This document shows, piece by piece, positions 17,554-26,237 of a DNA stretch of 43,369 bases (positions are counted from its first letter, which is position 1; each line of letters opens with the position of its first letter). Below the pieces are notes generated by a model. It saw only the letters and a list, made by a program, of their open reading frames with translations, did not search any database and was not told where the DNA came from. The position numbers and the translations under genes were made by a program. Source of the DNA: an uncultured Thermotogae bacterium. GTDB lineage: Bacteria > Bipolaricaulota > Bipolaricaulia > UBA7950 > UBA9294. The stretch spans positions 1 to 43,369 of the forward strand of contig CAZZJU010000001.1 of assembly GCA_964654805.1 (NCBI GenBank), written 5' to 3'.

Positions 17554-18547
17554 TATGACCTCCTTTTGAAACCTCATTAGTACTAGGGACGAGATGGCAA
17601 GCAACTTTGTGGCTAGCTCTAACATCTACTAGTAGGGGAGACTCATGTGAACAGCGGGGACCAGCTTGTGGACAACGAGGATGAAAGAAACATCCCGGCG
17701 GAAGATCGAGTGCGCTTGGTACTTCTCCCATCAATACGTTTCTCCCTTTTATTTCCGGATTAGGTTTTGGCACGGCTTCAAGCAGCGCTTTGGCGTAGGG
17801 ATGCAGAGTGTGGGTAAACAACTCATCAGTAGATCCCCACTCGACTATCTTTCCCAGGTACATCACCCCGACGGTGTCGCTTATGTGACGCACGACGTCC
17901 AGGTCGTGGGAAATAAACATGTAGGTAAGATGGTGCTCATCTTTGAGGTCATTCAACAGATTGAGAATCTTCGCCTGAACCGAGACATCAAGGGCGGAGG
18001 TCGGTTCATCGAGAACTATGAACGTGGGATCAGCAGCCAGTGCACGGGCGATTGCGATCCGCTGGCGTTGTCCCCCGCTGAACTCATGCGGATAGCGGTA
18101 CATATGTTCCTCTTTTAACCCCACGCTGCGCAGTAATTCGAGCACAATATCGTCTCGATCTCCAGGGTCACATATCTTGTGGATTAACAGCGGTTCAGCA
18201 ACCACGTCAGCGATCAGCATACGAGGATTGAGTGATGAATACGGATCTTGAAAGACCATCGCTGTCTGTCGCCGGAATATTTTCAGGGATCGCCCACGTA
18301 GTGCGGTGATGTCTTCCCCCTTGAACAGGATTTTCCCCCCGGTTAATGGAATCAGCCGGAGAATCAAGCGCCCTAGCGTAGTCTTCCCACATCCACTCTC
18401 TCCCACCAGACCTAATACTTCACCGTCCTGAATAAGAAAGCTGACGTCATTCACAGCGTGCACCCGGCCGCGTCGGGTCAATATCCCTCTTCCGGTCATG
18501 AACTCTTTGGTGACGTGGCGTACCTCCAGTATCGGCTCAGGAGTCAT
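17546..18547 (-). CDS. Opp/Dpp-type ABC ATP-binding protein (OppF/DppF-like)
   Basis: It has Walker A GESGCGKTT, signature FSGGQRQR, Walker B FIVLDEPTSALD and a C-terminal Cys-rich oligopeptide-ATPase extension. Confidence 0.92.
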   Translation of the reverse strand: MTPEPILEVRHVTKEFMTGRGILTRRGRVHAVNDVSFLIQDGEVLGLVGESGCGKTTLGRLILRLIPLTGGKILFKGEDITALRGRSLKIFRRQTAMVFQDPYSSLNPRMLIADVVAEPLLIHKICDPGDRDDIVLELLRSVGLKEEHMYRYPHEFSGGQRQRIAIARALAADPTFIVLDEPTSALDVSVQAKILNLLNDLKDEHHLTYMFISHDLDVVRHISDTVGVMYLGKIVEWGSTDELFTHTLHPYAKALLEAVPKPNPEIKGRNVLMGEVPSALDLPPGCFFHPRCPQAGPRCSHESPLLVDVRASHKVACHLVPSTNEVSKGGHNA

Positions 18548-19524
18548 CTTCGACCTCCGTATAGATGACAGGCCACCATATGTCCTGCTTCAATCTCAAT
18601 TAGCCTGGGCTTCTCTCGTGAACATACCGGCATCGCTTGGGTACAACGGGGATGGAACCGACACCCGGTAGGGGGATTTATTAGTTGGGGCACAAAACCT
18701 GGGATTTCCGCCAGCCGTCTCCCGCTTGCCATAGTTGGGATCGATTCCTTGAGGGCATTGGTGTATGGATGAAGCGAGTTCTTGAATATGGTGAATACGT
18801 CAGCAACCTCGACGATATGTCCCGCGTACATCACGGCCACCCGATCGCACATCTCGGCTACCACCCCCAAATCGTGAGTTATTAGTAACACCGATGTTCC
18901 ATGCTCTAGCTGCATTTTCTTTATCAGATCCAGGATTTGCCGTTGGATCGTTACGTCGAGGTTAGTTGTTGGTTCATCGGCGATCAGCAACTTGGGATCA
19001 CACATCATCGCCATACCGACCATAGCGCGCTGGCGCAGGCCACCACTGAATTCATGTGGATAATTACGAGCTCTCTGGCGTGGGTCGGGCATCTTCGTCT
19101 TCTCAATCATGCGGACAGCTGCTGCCAGAGCCGAACTCCGGTGCACTCCCTGGTGGTAGATTAAGGGTTCAGCCATCTGGAATCCCACGCGTAGAAGTGG
19201 GTTAAGATAGGCAGTGGGATCCTGGAAAATAATGGCAATTTGTCCCCCTCGAATTTCACGAATTCGTCGCTCATCCACCGCTAGCAGATTTTCACCTTCG
19301 AACTCGATAGTTCCGCCTACTATCTCGCCCGGACGGGGAATCAATCTGAGGATCGACAACGCGGTGACAGACTTGCCACATCCGCTTTCTCCCACCAGGC
19401 CGAAAGTCTCACCGTGTCGAATGGTGAAACTCACCCCGTCTAGGGCTTCAACGACCCCTCCATACGTGAAGAAATGGACTTCAAGGTCCTTTACTTGCAA
19501 TAAGTACCGCTCGTCTTTCGCCAC
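18544..19524 (-). CDS. Opp/Dpp-type ABC ATP-binding protein (OppD/DppD-like)
   Basis: It has Walker [10 protein letters not shown], signature FSGGLRQR and Walker [13 protein letters not shown]. The start is GTG at 19524. Confidence 0.92.
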   Translation of the reverse strand: MAKDERYLLQVKDLEVHFFTYGGVVEALDGVSFTIRHGETFGLVGESGCGKSVTALSILRLIPRPGEIVGGTIEFEGENLLAVDERRIREIRGGQIAIIFQDPTAYLNPLLRVGFQMAEPLIYHQGVHRSSALAAAVRMIEKTKMPDPRQRARNYPHEFSGGLRQRAMVGMAMMCDPKLLIADEPTTNLDVTIQRQILDLIKKMQLEHGTSVLLITHDLGVVAEMCDRVAVMYAGHIVEVADVFTIFKNSLHPYTNALKESIPTMASGRRLAEIPGFVPQLINPPTGCRFHPRCTQAMPVCSREKPRLIEIEAGHMVACHLYGGRR

Positions 19525-19525
19525 G

Positions 19526-20434
19526 CTACCGTACCTCCGTCAGTCGCCGTAGCTTGGGGTCGAGAGCATCTCTGATTCCGTCACCCAGCAGGTTGAATCC
19601 CAGTACCAGGAGCATGATGGCCAATCCCGGGAAAGTGGACACCCACCAGGCTTGAAACAGGTATAGTCTTCCATCGCTTACCATCCGCCCCCACTCCGCC
19701 AGCGGTGGCTGCGCCCCAAACCCGAGGAAGCTAAGAGCAGCTGTTTGGAGGACAACTGCTCCCATATCCAAGGTTAGGGTAACTAAAATTGGAGAAAGAC
19801 AATTAGGGAGCACATGCTTACGAATTATCATCCAGTTACTCGCACCTCGTGAACGCGCTGCCTCCACGTATAGACTTTCCCGCACAGCGAGCACTTGTCC
19901 TCGAACGAGGCGGGTGTAAAGAGGCCACCATACCAAAGCCAACGCCGCCATTGCATTTTTTAACCCGGGCCCTATCGCTGCCGAGACTGCCATCGCCAAG
20001 ATGAGAGAAGGGAAAGACAGGAAGATATCGGTTATCCGGAGGATTACTTCATCCACCCATCCGCCTAGATATCCAGCGATCCCGCCGAGCAGGACTCCTG
20101 TGGGGACTGCTAGGGAGAGGATTATCACTCCGGCGATAGCGCTATGACGTGCTCCGACAAGGAGTCGGCTGAGAATATCCCGACCCATCTTGTCGGTGCC
20201 GAGCAGATGGCTTGCTGTTGGAGGACTGAACCGATGTGCGAGATCGGGCTCATAAGGATCGTAGGGAGCAAGCTTTCCGCCGAAGATGGCAATGAAATAA
20301 AATACAACGATAATGATAAAACCGCTTACTGCTAGAGGGTTCTTCCGCAGGACATATAGAGTAAGCCCCATTTCCTTAAGTGTTGGGGCAAGACGGCGCT
20401 TGAGGAGACGATAGCGCTTAGACAGAGACAGCAT
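19526..20434 (-). CDS. Opp/Dpp-type ABC permease (OppC-like)
   Basis: It is a 302-aa polytopic protein with [15 protein letters not shown] and [26 protein letters not shown]. Confidence 0.9.
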   Translation of the reverse strand: MLSLSKRYRLLKRRLAPTLKEMGLTLYVLRKNPLAVSGFIIIVVFYFIAIFGGKLAPYDPYEPDLAHRFSPPTASHLLGTDKMGRDILSRLLVGARHSAIAGVIILSLAVPTGVLLGGIAGYLGGWVDEVILRITDIFLSFPSLILAMAVSAAIGPGLKNAMAALALVWWPLYTRLVRGQVLAVRESLYVEAARSRGASNWMIIRKHVLPNCLSPILVTLTLDMGAVVLQTAALSFLGFGAQPPLAEWGRMVSDGRLYLFQAWWVSTFPGLAIMLLVLGFNLLGDGIRDALDPKLRRLTEVR

Positions 20435-20438
20435 CGCT

Positions 20439-21455
20439 TCACCTCGCTTTCTCTCCCATGCGGATCCGGGGGTCGATTATGCTGTACAGGATGTCAATGA
20501 ACAGGTTGGACAGAATCATCATCAACGCCACAACGAGTGTGTAGCCAACCATTGCTGGCAAATCAATCAGCACAATAGAACCAGCCGCGTAGCGACCCAT
20601 TCCTGGCCATGCGAATATGGTCTCTAGGAGTACTGATCCCGCGATTAGCCAACCGAACTGGATTCCCAGCACCGTTAATGGGGGTATCACCGCATTGCGA
20701 AACGCGTGACGGAAGTGAAGGATCCACGATGGTAAGCCCTTGGCTCTAGCAGTTACAATATATTCCGCACCAAGGACTTCCAACATGCTGGAGCGGGTGA
20801 TCCGCACGATGTAACCCATAATCCAAAAGCCGAGAGTAAACGCTGGTAGGATGAAATGTCGCAATGCATCTCCAAAGGCGGTTAGGTTCCCCTGGAGCAG
20901 TGAGTCCAACAACACGAATCCGGTAATATTGTGAATCTCTACACTGATACGCCCCCCCGACGGCAACCAATTCAACCGGTAGTAAAAGAAGAATTGGAGT
21001 AGAAGCGCTGACCAGAATATCGGCGTTGATACACCGATTAGTGAGAAGACACGGGAAGCATGATCGATCCAGCTATTACGCTTAATAGCAGAAATTGCCC
21101 CCAGCGGTATACCAACAAACACCGCGAAAAAAAACGCGATCATTGCCAATTCAAACGTGGCGGGAAAGTACGTGATCAAGTCCTTAAGTACAGCACGATG
21201 CGTGGTGGGAGATACGCCGAAATCTCCGTGCAACAAGTTCCAGATATAGTAGCCCAGCTGAACGTATAGTGGATCGTTCAAGTGATAGCGCTCAGCAAGT
21301 GCCTGTACCTGCTCCTCGCGTGCATGAGGACCAGCCCATTCGCGGGCAGGATCAGCTGGGATTACGTATGCGATCGTGAAGATGAGAATAATAACGCCGA
21401 GGAGCACCGGAAACACAAGAAGCAATCTTCGTATGATATATCTCCACAAAGACAC
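20439..21455 (-). CDS. Opp/Dpp-type ABC permease (OppB-like)
   Basis: GTG at 21455 is preceded by AAAGGAGA. It has N-terminus MSLWRYIIRRLLLVFPVLLGV and EYIVTARAKGLPSWILHFRHAFRNA. Confidence 0.9.
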   Translation of the reverse strand: MSLWRYIIRRLLLVFPVLLGVIILIFTIAYVIPADPAREWAGPHAREEQVQALAERYHLNDPLYVQLGYYIWNLLHGDFGVSPTTHRAVLKDLITYFPATFELAMIAFFFAVFVGIPLGAISAIKRNSWIDHASRVFSLIGVSTPIFWSALLLQFFFYYRLNWLPSGGRISVEIHNITGFVLLDSLLQGNLTAFGDALRHFILPAFTLGFWIMGYIVRITRSSMLEVLGAEYIVTARAKGLPSWILHFRHAFRNAVIPPLTVLGIQFGWLIAGSVLLETIFAWPGMGRYAAGSIVLIDLPAMVGYTLVVALMMILSNLFIDILYSIIDPRIRMGEKAR

Positions 21456-21479
21456 GTTTCTCCTTTGGATTTAAAACAT

Positions 21480-21512
21480 CCCGGCACCGCAAGTCTCCCT
21501 CACGGTGCCGGG
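21480..21512 (-). promoter_or_regulatory. Intercistronic GC-rich stem-loop (possible partial terminator) after the SBP gene
   Basis: CCCGGCACCG-13 nt-CGGTGCCGGG forms a perfect 10-bp stem. On the gene strand it is followed by ATGTTTTAAA. Confidence 0.6.
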
Positions 21513-21529
21513 TGATCACATATGCTCCA

Positions 21530-23125
21530 CTACCAACCCTTGGAAATCGCGTAGAAGTCGGGTGGCATAACCGGGTTGTAGTAGAATCCTTTGACCCAAG
21601 TGCGCCTTACTGCGATGCTCTTTTTCTGAGCAAGCCATATGTACGGCACTTCTTTAGCAGCTAGTTCTTGAATCTGAGCATACAAGTCCGCGCGCTTATC
21701 TCGATTAGGTTCCCACTTAGCCTTATCAATCAGCTCGTTCATAGCAGCATTGGAGTACGCTTTCCAGAAATGAGCGGGGCCGATCAATGCGTCTGTATAA
21801 TCGTCAGGATCAGCGTAGTCCGGATACCAACCTGCTATTAACAGGTCCAGTTCACCCTGACGCATCAGGTTATGGAGTACGGAGAAAGTGCCAACGCGGA
21901 TCGTGGCTTGGATGCCGAGCTTCCTTAGTTCATTCTGCCACATGACCGCGATTTGCTGTGCTGTTTCTCTCCCCTGCCCAACGGAGATTTCCAGCGTCAA
22001 CGGTTTTCCGGTATGCGGGTCTATTCGGGCTCCGGAAGTATTTTTCGTGTATCCGGCAAGATCTAGTAGTTGGGCTGCCTTATCCAAGTTGAAAGTGTAA
22101 ATGGTCTCAGGTTTGGTATACCCGAACATCCCTTCAGGGATGGGGCCGTATAAACGTTGGGCGTAACCTTGATAAATGTACTTGATAAGCTTATCGTACG
22201 GTACCGTCCACGCGAGGGCCTGCCGCAGGGAAACGTCTTGCAGCACTCCGGTTTTACAATTAATAACTACGAAGTCAATGTTGAACGATGGGAAAGGCTC
22301 GACGACCACTCCCGAGGATCCAAGCAGATCGGGGATGTTCGTTTCTGGGAATTCATATACGATGTCAGCATCTCCTCGTTTTACCAGCATAACTTCGGTA
22401 CCAACTTCGGGGACCACGCGGACTTCTACTTGTTTGAGCGGAGCTGGCCCCCGCCAGTAATCATCAAATCGCTCCAGCACTACTCTGTCGTTAGGGATCC
22501 ATTCCTTAAGTTGGTAAGGTCCTGAGCCGTATTCGTTCCTGGACGCCCATTCGTTCTCTGCACCGTCGATTACACCACCGTGCGCCTCTACTTGGCGAGA
22601 GTTAACAATGCTTGCAGTAATTATGCTCAGTACGGATAGAAAGGCGGCGTACGGTTTGGTTAGAGTGATCTGTACCGTATAGTCGTCGATCACCTTAGTA
22701 CTATTCAGGTCCATACATTGCGAGAGCATCCACGCCGGGCCTTGGTTCATGCGGAGAACACGATCGAAGGAATACTTGACGTCTTTTGCAGTGACGGGGG
22801 TACCATCGTGAAACTTAGCGTCCTTGCGCAAGTAGAATGTCCATACTAACCCATCATCCGAGCAACTCCAATGGGTAGCTAATCGTGGTACGAACTTAGT
22901 TGAATCCGCTCCGTCATAACCCACCAGTCTGTCATACGTGTTTCGCAGGATCAGCCAACCCCGAATCGTGTATGAAACGGCTGGATCAAGAGTTGTTGGT
23001 TCACCATAGATCAACAATACTAACTTATCGGGGTTGGTTATCCGTCCTTCCCCGAGGGAGAGAAGTCCCATTCCAGACACCAATAGAACCACAGAAATCG
23101 CGATTAGCAACCAATTACGCTTCAC
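21530..23125 (-). CDS. ABC substrate-binding protein, family 5 (peptide/nickel type), paralog 2
   Basis: GTG at 23125 is preceded by AAGGAGGT. It has signal peptide MKRNWLLIAISVVLLVSGMG. Its 531 aa and TFYLRKDAKFHDGTPV motif parallel the other SBP. Confidence 0.9.
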   Translation of the reverse strand: MKRNWLLIAISVVLLVSGMGLLSLGEGRITNPDKLVLLIYGEPTTLDPAVSYTIRGWLILRNTYDRLVGYDGADSTKFVPRLATHWSCSDDGLVWTFYLRKDAKFHDGTPVTAKDVKYSFDRVLRMNQGPAWMLSQCMDLNSTKVIDDYTVQITLTKPYAAFLSVLSIITASIVNSRQVEAHGGVIDGAENEWASRNEYGSGPYQLKEWIPNDRVVLERFDDYWRGPAPLKQVEVRVVPEVGTEVMLVKRGDADIVYEFPETNIPDLLGSSGVVVEPFPSFNIDFVVINCKTGVLQDVSLRQALAWTVPYDKLIKYIYQGYAQRLYGPIPEGMFGYTKPETIYTFNLDKAAQLLDLAGYTKNTSGARIDPHTGKPLTLEISVGQGRETAQQIAVMWQNELRKLGIQATIRVGTFSVLHNLMRQGELDLLIAGWYPDYADPDDYTDALIGPAHFWKAYSNAAMNELIDKAKWEPNRDKRADLYAQIQELAAKEVPYIWLAQKKSIAVRRTWVKGFYYNPVMPPDFYAISKGW

Positions 23126-23190
23126 CGGTAACCTCCTTACGTTTCTGGGTTGCTCAACCGAAAAAGCACAGCTGCAGTTAGCTTCTATGT

Positions 23191-23203
23191 GATCACCTCC
23201 TTG
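23191..23203 (-). promoter_or_regulatory. Orphan perfect Shine-Dalgarno CAAGGAGGTGATC in the 5' leader of operon A
   Basis: It is followed by ACATAG with no usable start codon. The real SD and start of the SBP gene lie about 65 nt downstream. Confidence 0.4.
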
Positions 23204-23265
23204 CGCTTACCATCCGGGATTGAGATTCCGGAGTGGTGCCCGCCAATTTTCGCCATTAAACATCT

Positions 23266-23283
23266 TACCGGTCAGTCCAATAT
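23266..23283 (-). promoter_or_regulatory. Candidate operator, identical 18-mer to 17368-17385
   Basis: ATATTGGACTGACCGGTA on the gene strand overlaps the predicted -10 hexamer of the operon A promoter. Confidence 0.45.
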
Positions 23284-23308
23284 AGCACGAAACGGATTCC
23301 CCTGTCAA
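23279..23308 (-). promoter_or_regulatory. Sigma70-like promoter of peptide ABC operon A
   Basis: TTGACA (23308-23303), an 18-nt spacer, then TATATT (23284-23279). Confidence 0.5.
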
Positions 23309-23334
23309 GGAAGCGCCTGAATCGCTCTCCATCA

Positions 23335-23363
23335 TTGACTTATCTTTGGGAGCACCATACAAT
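23335..23363 (+). promoter_or_regulatory. Sigma70-like promoter of the Memo-like/iadA/racemase/fpg operon
   Basis: TTGACT (23335-23340), a 17-nt spacer, then TACAAT (23358-23363). It is followed directly by GGTCATACCAGTGGACC. Confidence 0.5.
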
Positions 23364-23393
23364 GGTCATACCAGTGGACCGTGGTGATAATCG

Positions 23394-24389
23394 TTGTTCA
23401 ATTGGAAACCGTATTACAGACGAGAATTGGAGGAGGCGGGAGCGGGCGATTGCATTGATAAAATGTTCGTCCGCGCTGAGAAAGAAGACTCGCTGCCTCT
23501 GCTGATAGAGACCGGTGCGATCCTATCATTTCCCCACACTGCATTGCGGTATGCTGGACCGCTTCAGGCGCGGGTGATCGTTGGACTGCGCCGCGCAGGA
23601 ATCGAACACGTGGTTGCGTTAGGGGTGTTTCACATGTGGGGACACGCGACTACGCGAGATGATTACGCAACGGCGATGGAGGAAACAGAGGAAGGGACAC
23701 GGAGAATGATGGCGTTTAATAAGCTACGAGGGGCATTTATCCCCACTGATCCCATCTGTGAAACTCCGTTTGGTGACCTTCCCCTTGAACTCATACCGCC
23801 CGTGAAGGAACTCAATGTGCGCATAGACGGTGACGGTCTACTGCGAGACGAGTTCTCGCTTGACACTTTTATGAGCCTTCTTCTCTACTACTACCGGATG
23901 TGTGGCGTGTCTCTCCCGGACATTAGCCCGATTTACATTGGGATGACGAGAAACCCCGTGTCCGGGTCGTTCACCACTGCTGCCCAGGTTGCCGCGGTAA
24001 TACGCGGGTTGCTCTCTCCAAAGACAGCGATTGTAGCAACGGGCGATCTCATCCACTATGGAACAGTATACACCTCACCGGAGATGATGAAGAAAATGCC
24101 GGCAGCGCGCTCAGAGTTGACTAAGTACTTCCGCGTTAAGTTGGAACGCACACTCCTGAGCGCTCTGAACGACCGCGATTACTCGGAAGCGTTTCGGCTG
24201 TGTGATACTGTACTGAACAACGATCAACGCTATCTTCTTCCGGTAATTGCCGAAGTGCTGTCTTCCCATGCTGCCTACCGGATAGATGCGTTCGAGCTAT
24301 CCGATTATACAACGATATTAAACGTGAATGCCCCGTGCGTGGTTGCTTCAGCACTGGTGGCGTACGTCCCAGAGGTCGAGAAGAGGTGA
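23394..24389 (+). CDS. Hypothetical protein, weakly MEMO1/LigB-superfamily-like
   Basis: The TTG start at 23394 follows GGTGAT, with an alternative ATG at 23463. SFPHTALRYAGPLQARV resembles the Memo PHAGYxYSGP segment, and ATGDLIHYG resembles SSDLSHYG. The functional call is low confidence. Confidence 0.45.
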   Translation: MFNWKPYYRRELEEAGAGDCIDKMFVRAEKEDSLPLLIETGAILSFPHTALRYAGPLQARVIVGLRRAGIEHVVALGVFHMWGHATTRDDYATAMEETEEGTRRMMAFNKLRGAFIPTDPICETPFGDLPLELIPPVKELNVRIDGDGLLRDEFSLDTFMSLLLYYYRMCGVSLPDISPIYIGMTRNPVSGSFTTAAQVAAVIRGLLSPKTAIVATGDLIHYGTVYTSPEMMKKMPAARSELTKYFRVKLERTLLSALNDRDYSEAFRLCDTVLNNDQRYLLPVIAEVLSSHAAYRIDAFELSDYTTILNVNAPCVVASALVAYVPEVEKR

Positions 24390-24397
24390 TTTGAGCT

Positions 24398-25561
24398 ATG
24401 GATGGTTCGGGGATCAAGTGCATATTGCTCAGAGGAGGAGAGATCTACTCCCCTGCAAAACGTGGCCGGGGCGATATTTTGATAATTGGGAGGATGATCG
24501 CTTCAGTTGGGGAGGGCCTCATACCTCCTGTTGGTCTGGAGGTGGAGGAATTTGACGTCTCCGACCGATTAGTCATTCCAGGATTTATCGATCTGCATGT
24601 ACATCTGATTGGGGGGGGAGGGGAGGATGGCTCCACTTCTCGTGTGCCCGAGATAAACCTCTCCACACTAACTTCGGCTGGGATCACCACGGTAGTTGGA
24701 GTGCTTGGGACGGATAGCATCACTCGCACCCCTGAAGCGCTCCTCGCTAAGGTGAAAGCACTGCGAGCTGAAGGCCTCAGTGCCTGGATGTATACGGGAG
24801 CGTATCACCTCCCCTCCCCTACGATTACTGGTAGCGTTACCAGAGACCTGGCACTGATTGACGAAGTACTCGGGGTGAAGATAGCAGTTGCTGACCATCG
24901 AAGCTCTCAACCGACTACACATGAACTTGCCCGCCTCGCTGCTGAGGCGCGGGTTGGTGGTATGTTGGGGAGAAAACCGGGGATTGTACATGTGCATGTT
25001 GGACCCGGTCAGGCCGGACTTGCTCCGATCATCAAGGTATGCACACGCACGGAAATCCCAATAGGGCAGTTCCTTCCTACTCACATCTCCCGCAGCCCTG
25101 CTCTCGTTTCCCAAGGGATCGAGTTTGTGAAATCGGGTGGAGCCATCGATCTCACCGTTCCGAGCGATCCCGACACCATAGTCCCGATTGTGTGGAAATT
25201 GGTGAATGCAGGAATCAACATGGGTAAAGTTACTATTAGCTCCGACGGCAACGGCAGTCGTCCTTTGTTCTCAAGAGATGGAGATCTCATTGGAATGACG
25301 ACCGGCACGGTGTTAACTTTGTGGGAGAGCGTGAAGTTCCTCGTGGCTGAGAAAGTACTTCCGTTTTCCGATGCTTTGCGGTTAATAACTACTAATCCCG
25401 CGGACAGACTGGGGATATCTAAGCTTAAGGGGAGAATTGAGCCGGGTGCGGACGCGGACATTGTTATACTGGACCAAGACTTTAGCATCGACAAAGTGTT
25501 TGCGCGCGGTAGGTTAATGGTTGATAGTGGCGCCCCGGTGGTGAAGGGAGCATATGAGTAA
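24398..25561 (+). CDS. iadA: Isoaspartyl (beta-aspartyl) dipeptidase
   Basis: VIPGFIDLHVHLIGGGGEDGSTSRVPEI and GITTVVGVLGTDSITR closely follow the IadA pattern I recall from E. coli. Its 387 aa is a typical length. Confidence 0.88.
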   Translation: MDGSGIKCILLRGGEIYSPAKRGRGDILIIGRMIASVGEGLIPPVGLEVEEFDVSDRLVIPGFIDLHVHLIGGGGEDGSTSRVPEINLSTLTSAGITTVVGVLGTDSITRTPEALLAKVKALRAEGLSAWMYTGAYHLPSPTITGSVTRDLALIDEVLGVKIAVADHRSSQPTTHELARLAAEARVGGMLGRKPGIVHVHVGPGQAGLAPIIKVCTRTEIPIGQFLPTHISRSPALVSQGIEFVKSGGAIDLTVPSDPDTIVPIVWKLVNAGINMGKVTISSDGNGSRPLFSRDGDLIGMTTGTVLTLWESVKFLVAEKVLPFSDALRLITTNPADRLGISKLKGRIEPGADADIVILDQDFSIDKVFARGRLMVDSGAPVVKGAYE

Positions 25562-26237
25562 GACGGTGGGGATAATCGGAGGAATGGGACCCGCAGCTAC
25601 AGTGGAGCTGTTCCGCCGTATTGTTGCGTTTACTCCAGCAACGCGAGACCAAGAACATCTCCGAATCATTATTGATAATAACCCGCGTATTCCCGATCGG
25701 ACGGCCGCGATCCTGGGGAAAGGAGAAAGCCCACTACCACTGTTGATCGAAACGGCGCGGACCTTGGAGAAAGCAGGAGCTGAAGTGCTTGCTCTTCCAT
25801 GCAACACAGCTCACTTCTATCTCCCGCAATTACGAGAACAGGTTGGAGTGCCGATTGTTGACATGGTCGAAGAGACGGTACACATGGTCCGGGAATCAAT
25901 GGTCGCACTGTTGGCTACAGATGGAACGGCAAAGGCAGGAGTATATCAACGGGCATGCACAGCTCAGGGGATCGAGCTTGTTCTCCCACCACTCCGTGAG
26001 CAGCGGTGGTTAATGGAAATCATCTACAAAATCAAGGCTGGATCAGCACCAGAGGGATTTGAGGATGATATGGGAATGATCATTGGTAGATTGAGCGAAC
26101 AACAGGGAGTACAAGGGGTGATCATCGGGTGCACTGAGCTGTCGCTCATCCCGATTGTGCGCTCTCTGATCGCAGTGTACGACGCTCTCGATATCTTGGC
26201 CCACCGAGTGGTGGAGATATCCAGAGGAGGAAAGTGA
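25554..26237 (+). CDS. Aspartate racemase (Asp/Glu racemase family)
   Basis: It has GIIGGMGPAAT and two catalytic-Cys contexts (LPCNTAHFY and IGCTELSL). It is 227 aa and overlaps iadA by 8 nt. Confidence 0.85.
   Translation: MSKTVGIIGGMGPAATVELFRRIVAFTPATRDQEHLRIIIDNNPRIPDRTAAILGKGESPLPLLIETARTLEKAGAEVLALPCNTAHFYLPQLREQVGVPIVDMVEETVHMVRESMVALLATDGTAKAGVYQRACTAQGIELVLPPLREQRWLMEIIYKIKAGSAPEGFEDDMGMIIGRLSEQQGVQGVIIGCTELSLIPIVRSLIAVYDALDILAHRVVEISRGGK

Noticed and set aside
17437-17625. The 62-aa version of the small ORF given in the ORF track.
   Set aside because: The upstream 24 codons lie inside the ATPase gene without an SD. The internal ATG at 17553 has a strong SD, so only the 38-aa form is considered, and even that is tentative.
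24605-24625. A G-run (GGGGGGGAGGGGAGG) that could be a G-quadruplex or slippery tract.
   Set aside because: It encodes the conserved LIGGGGEDG segment of IadA, and it has only three G-tracts.
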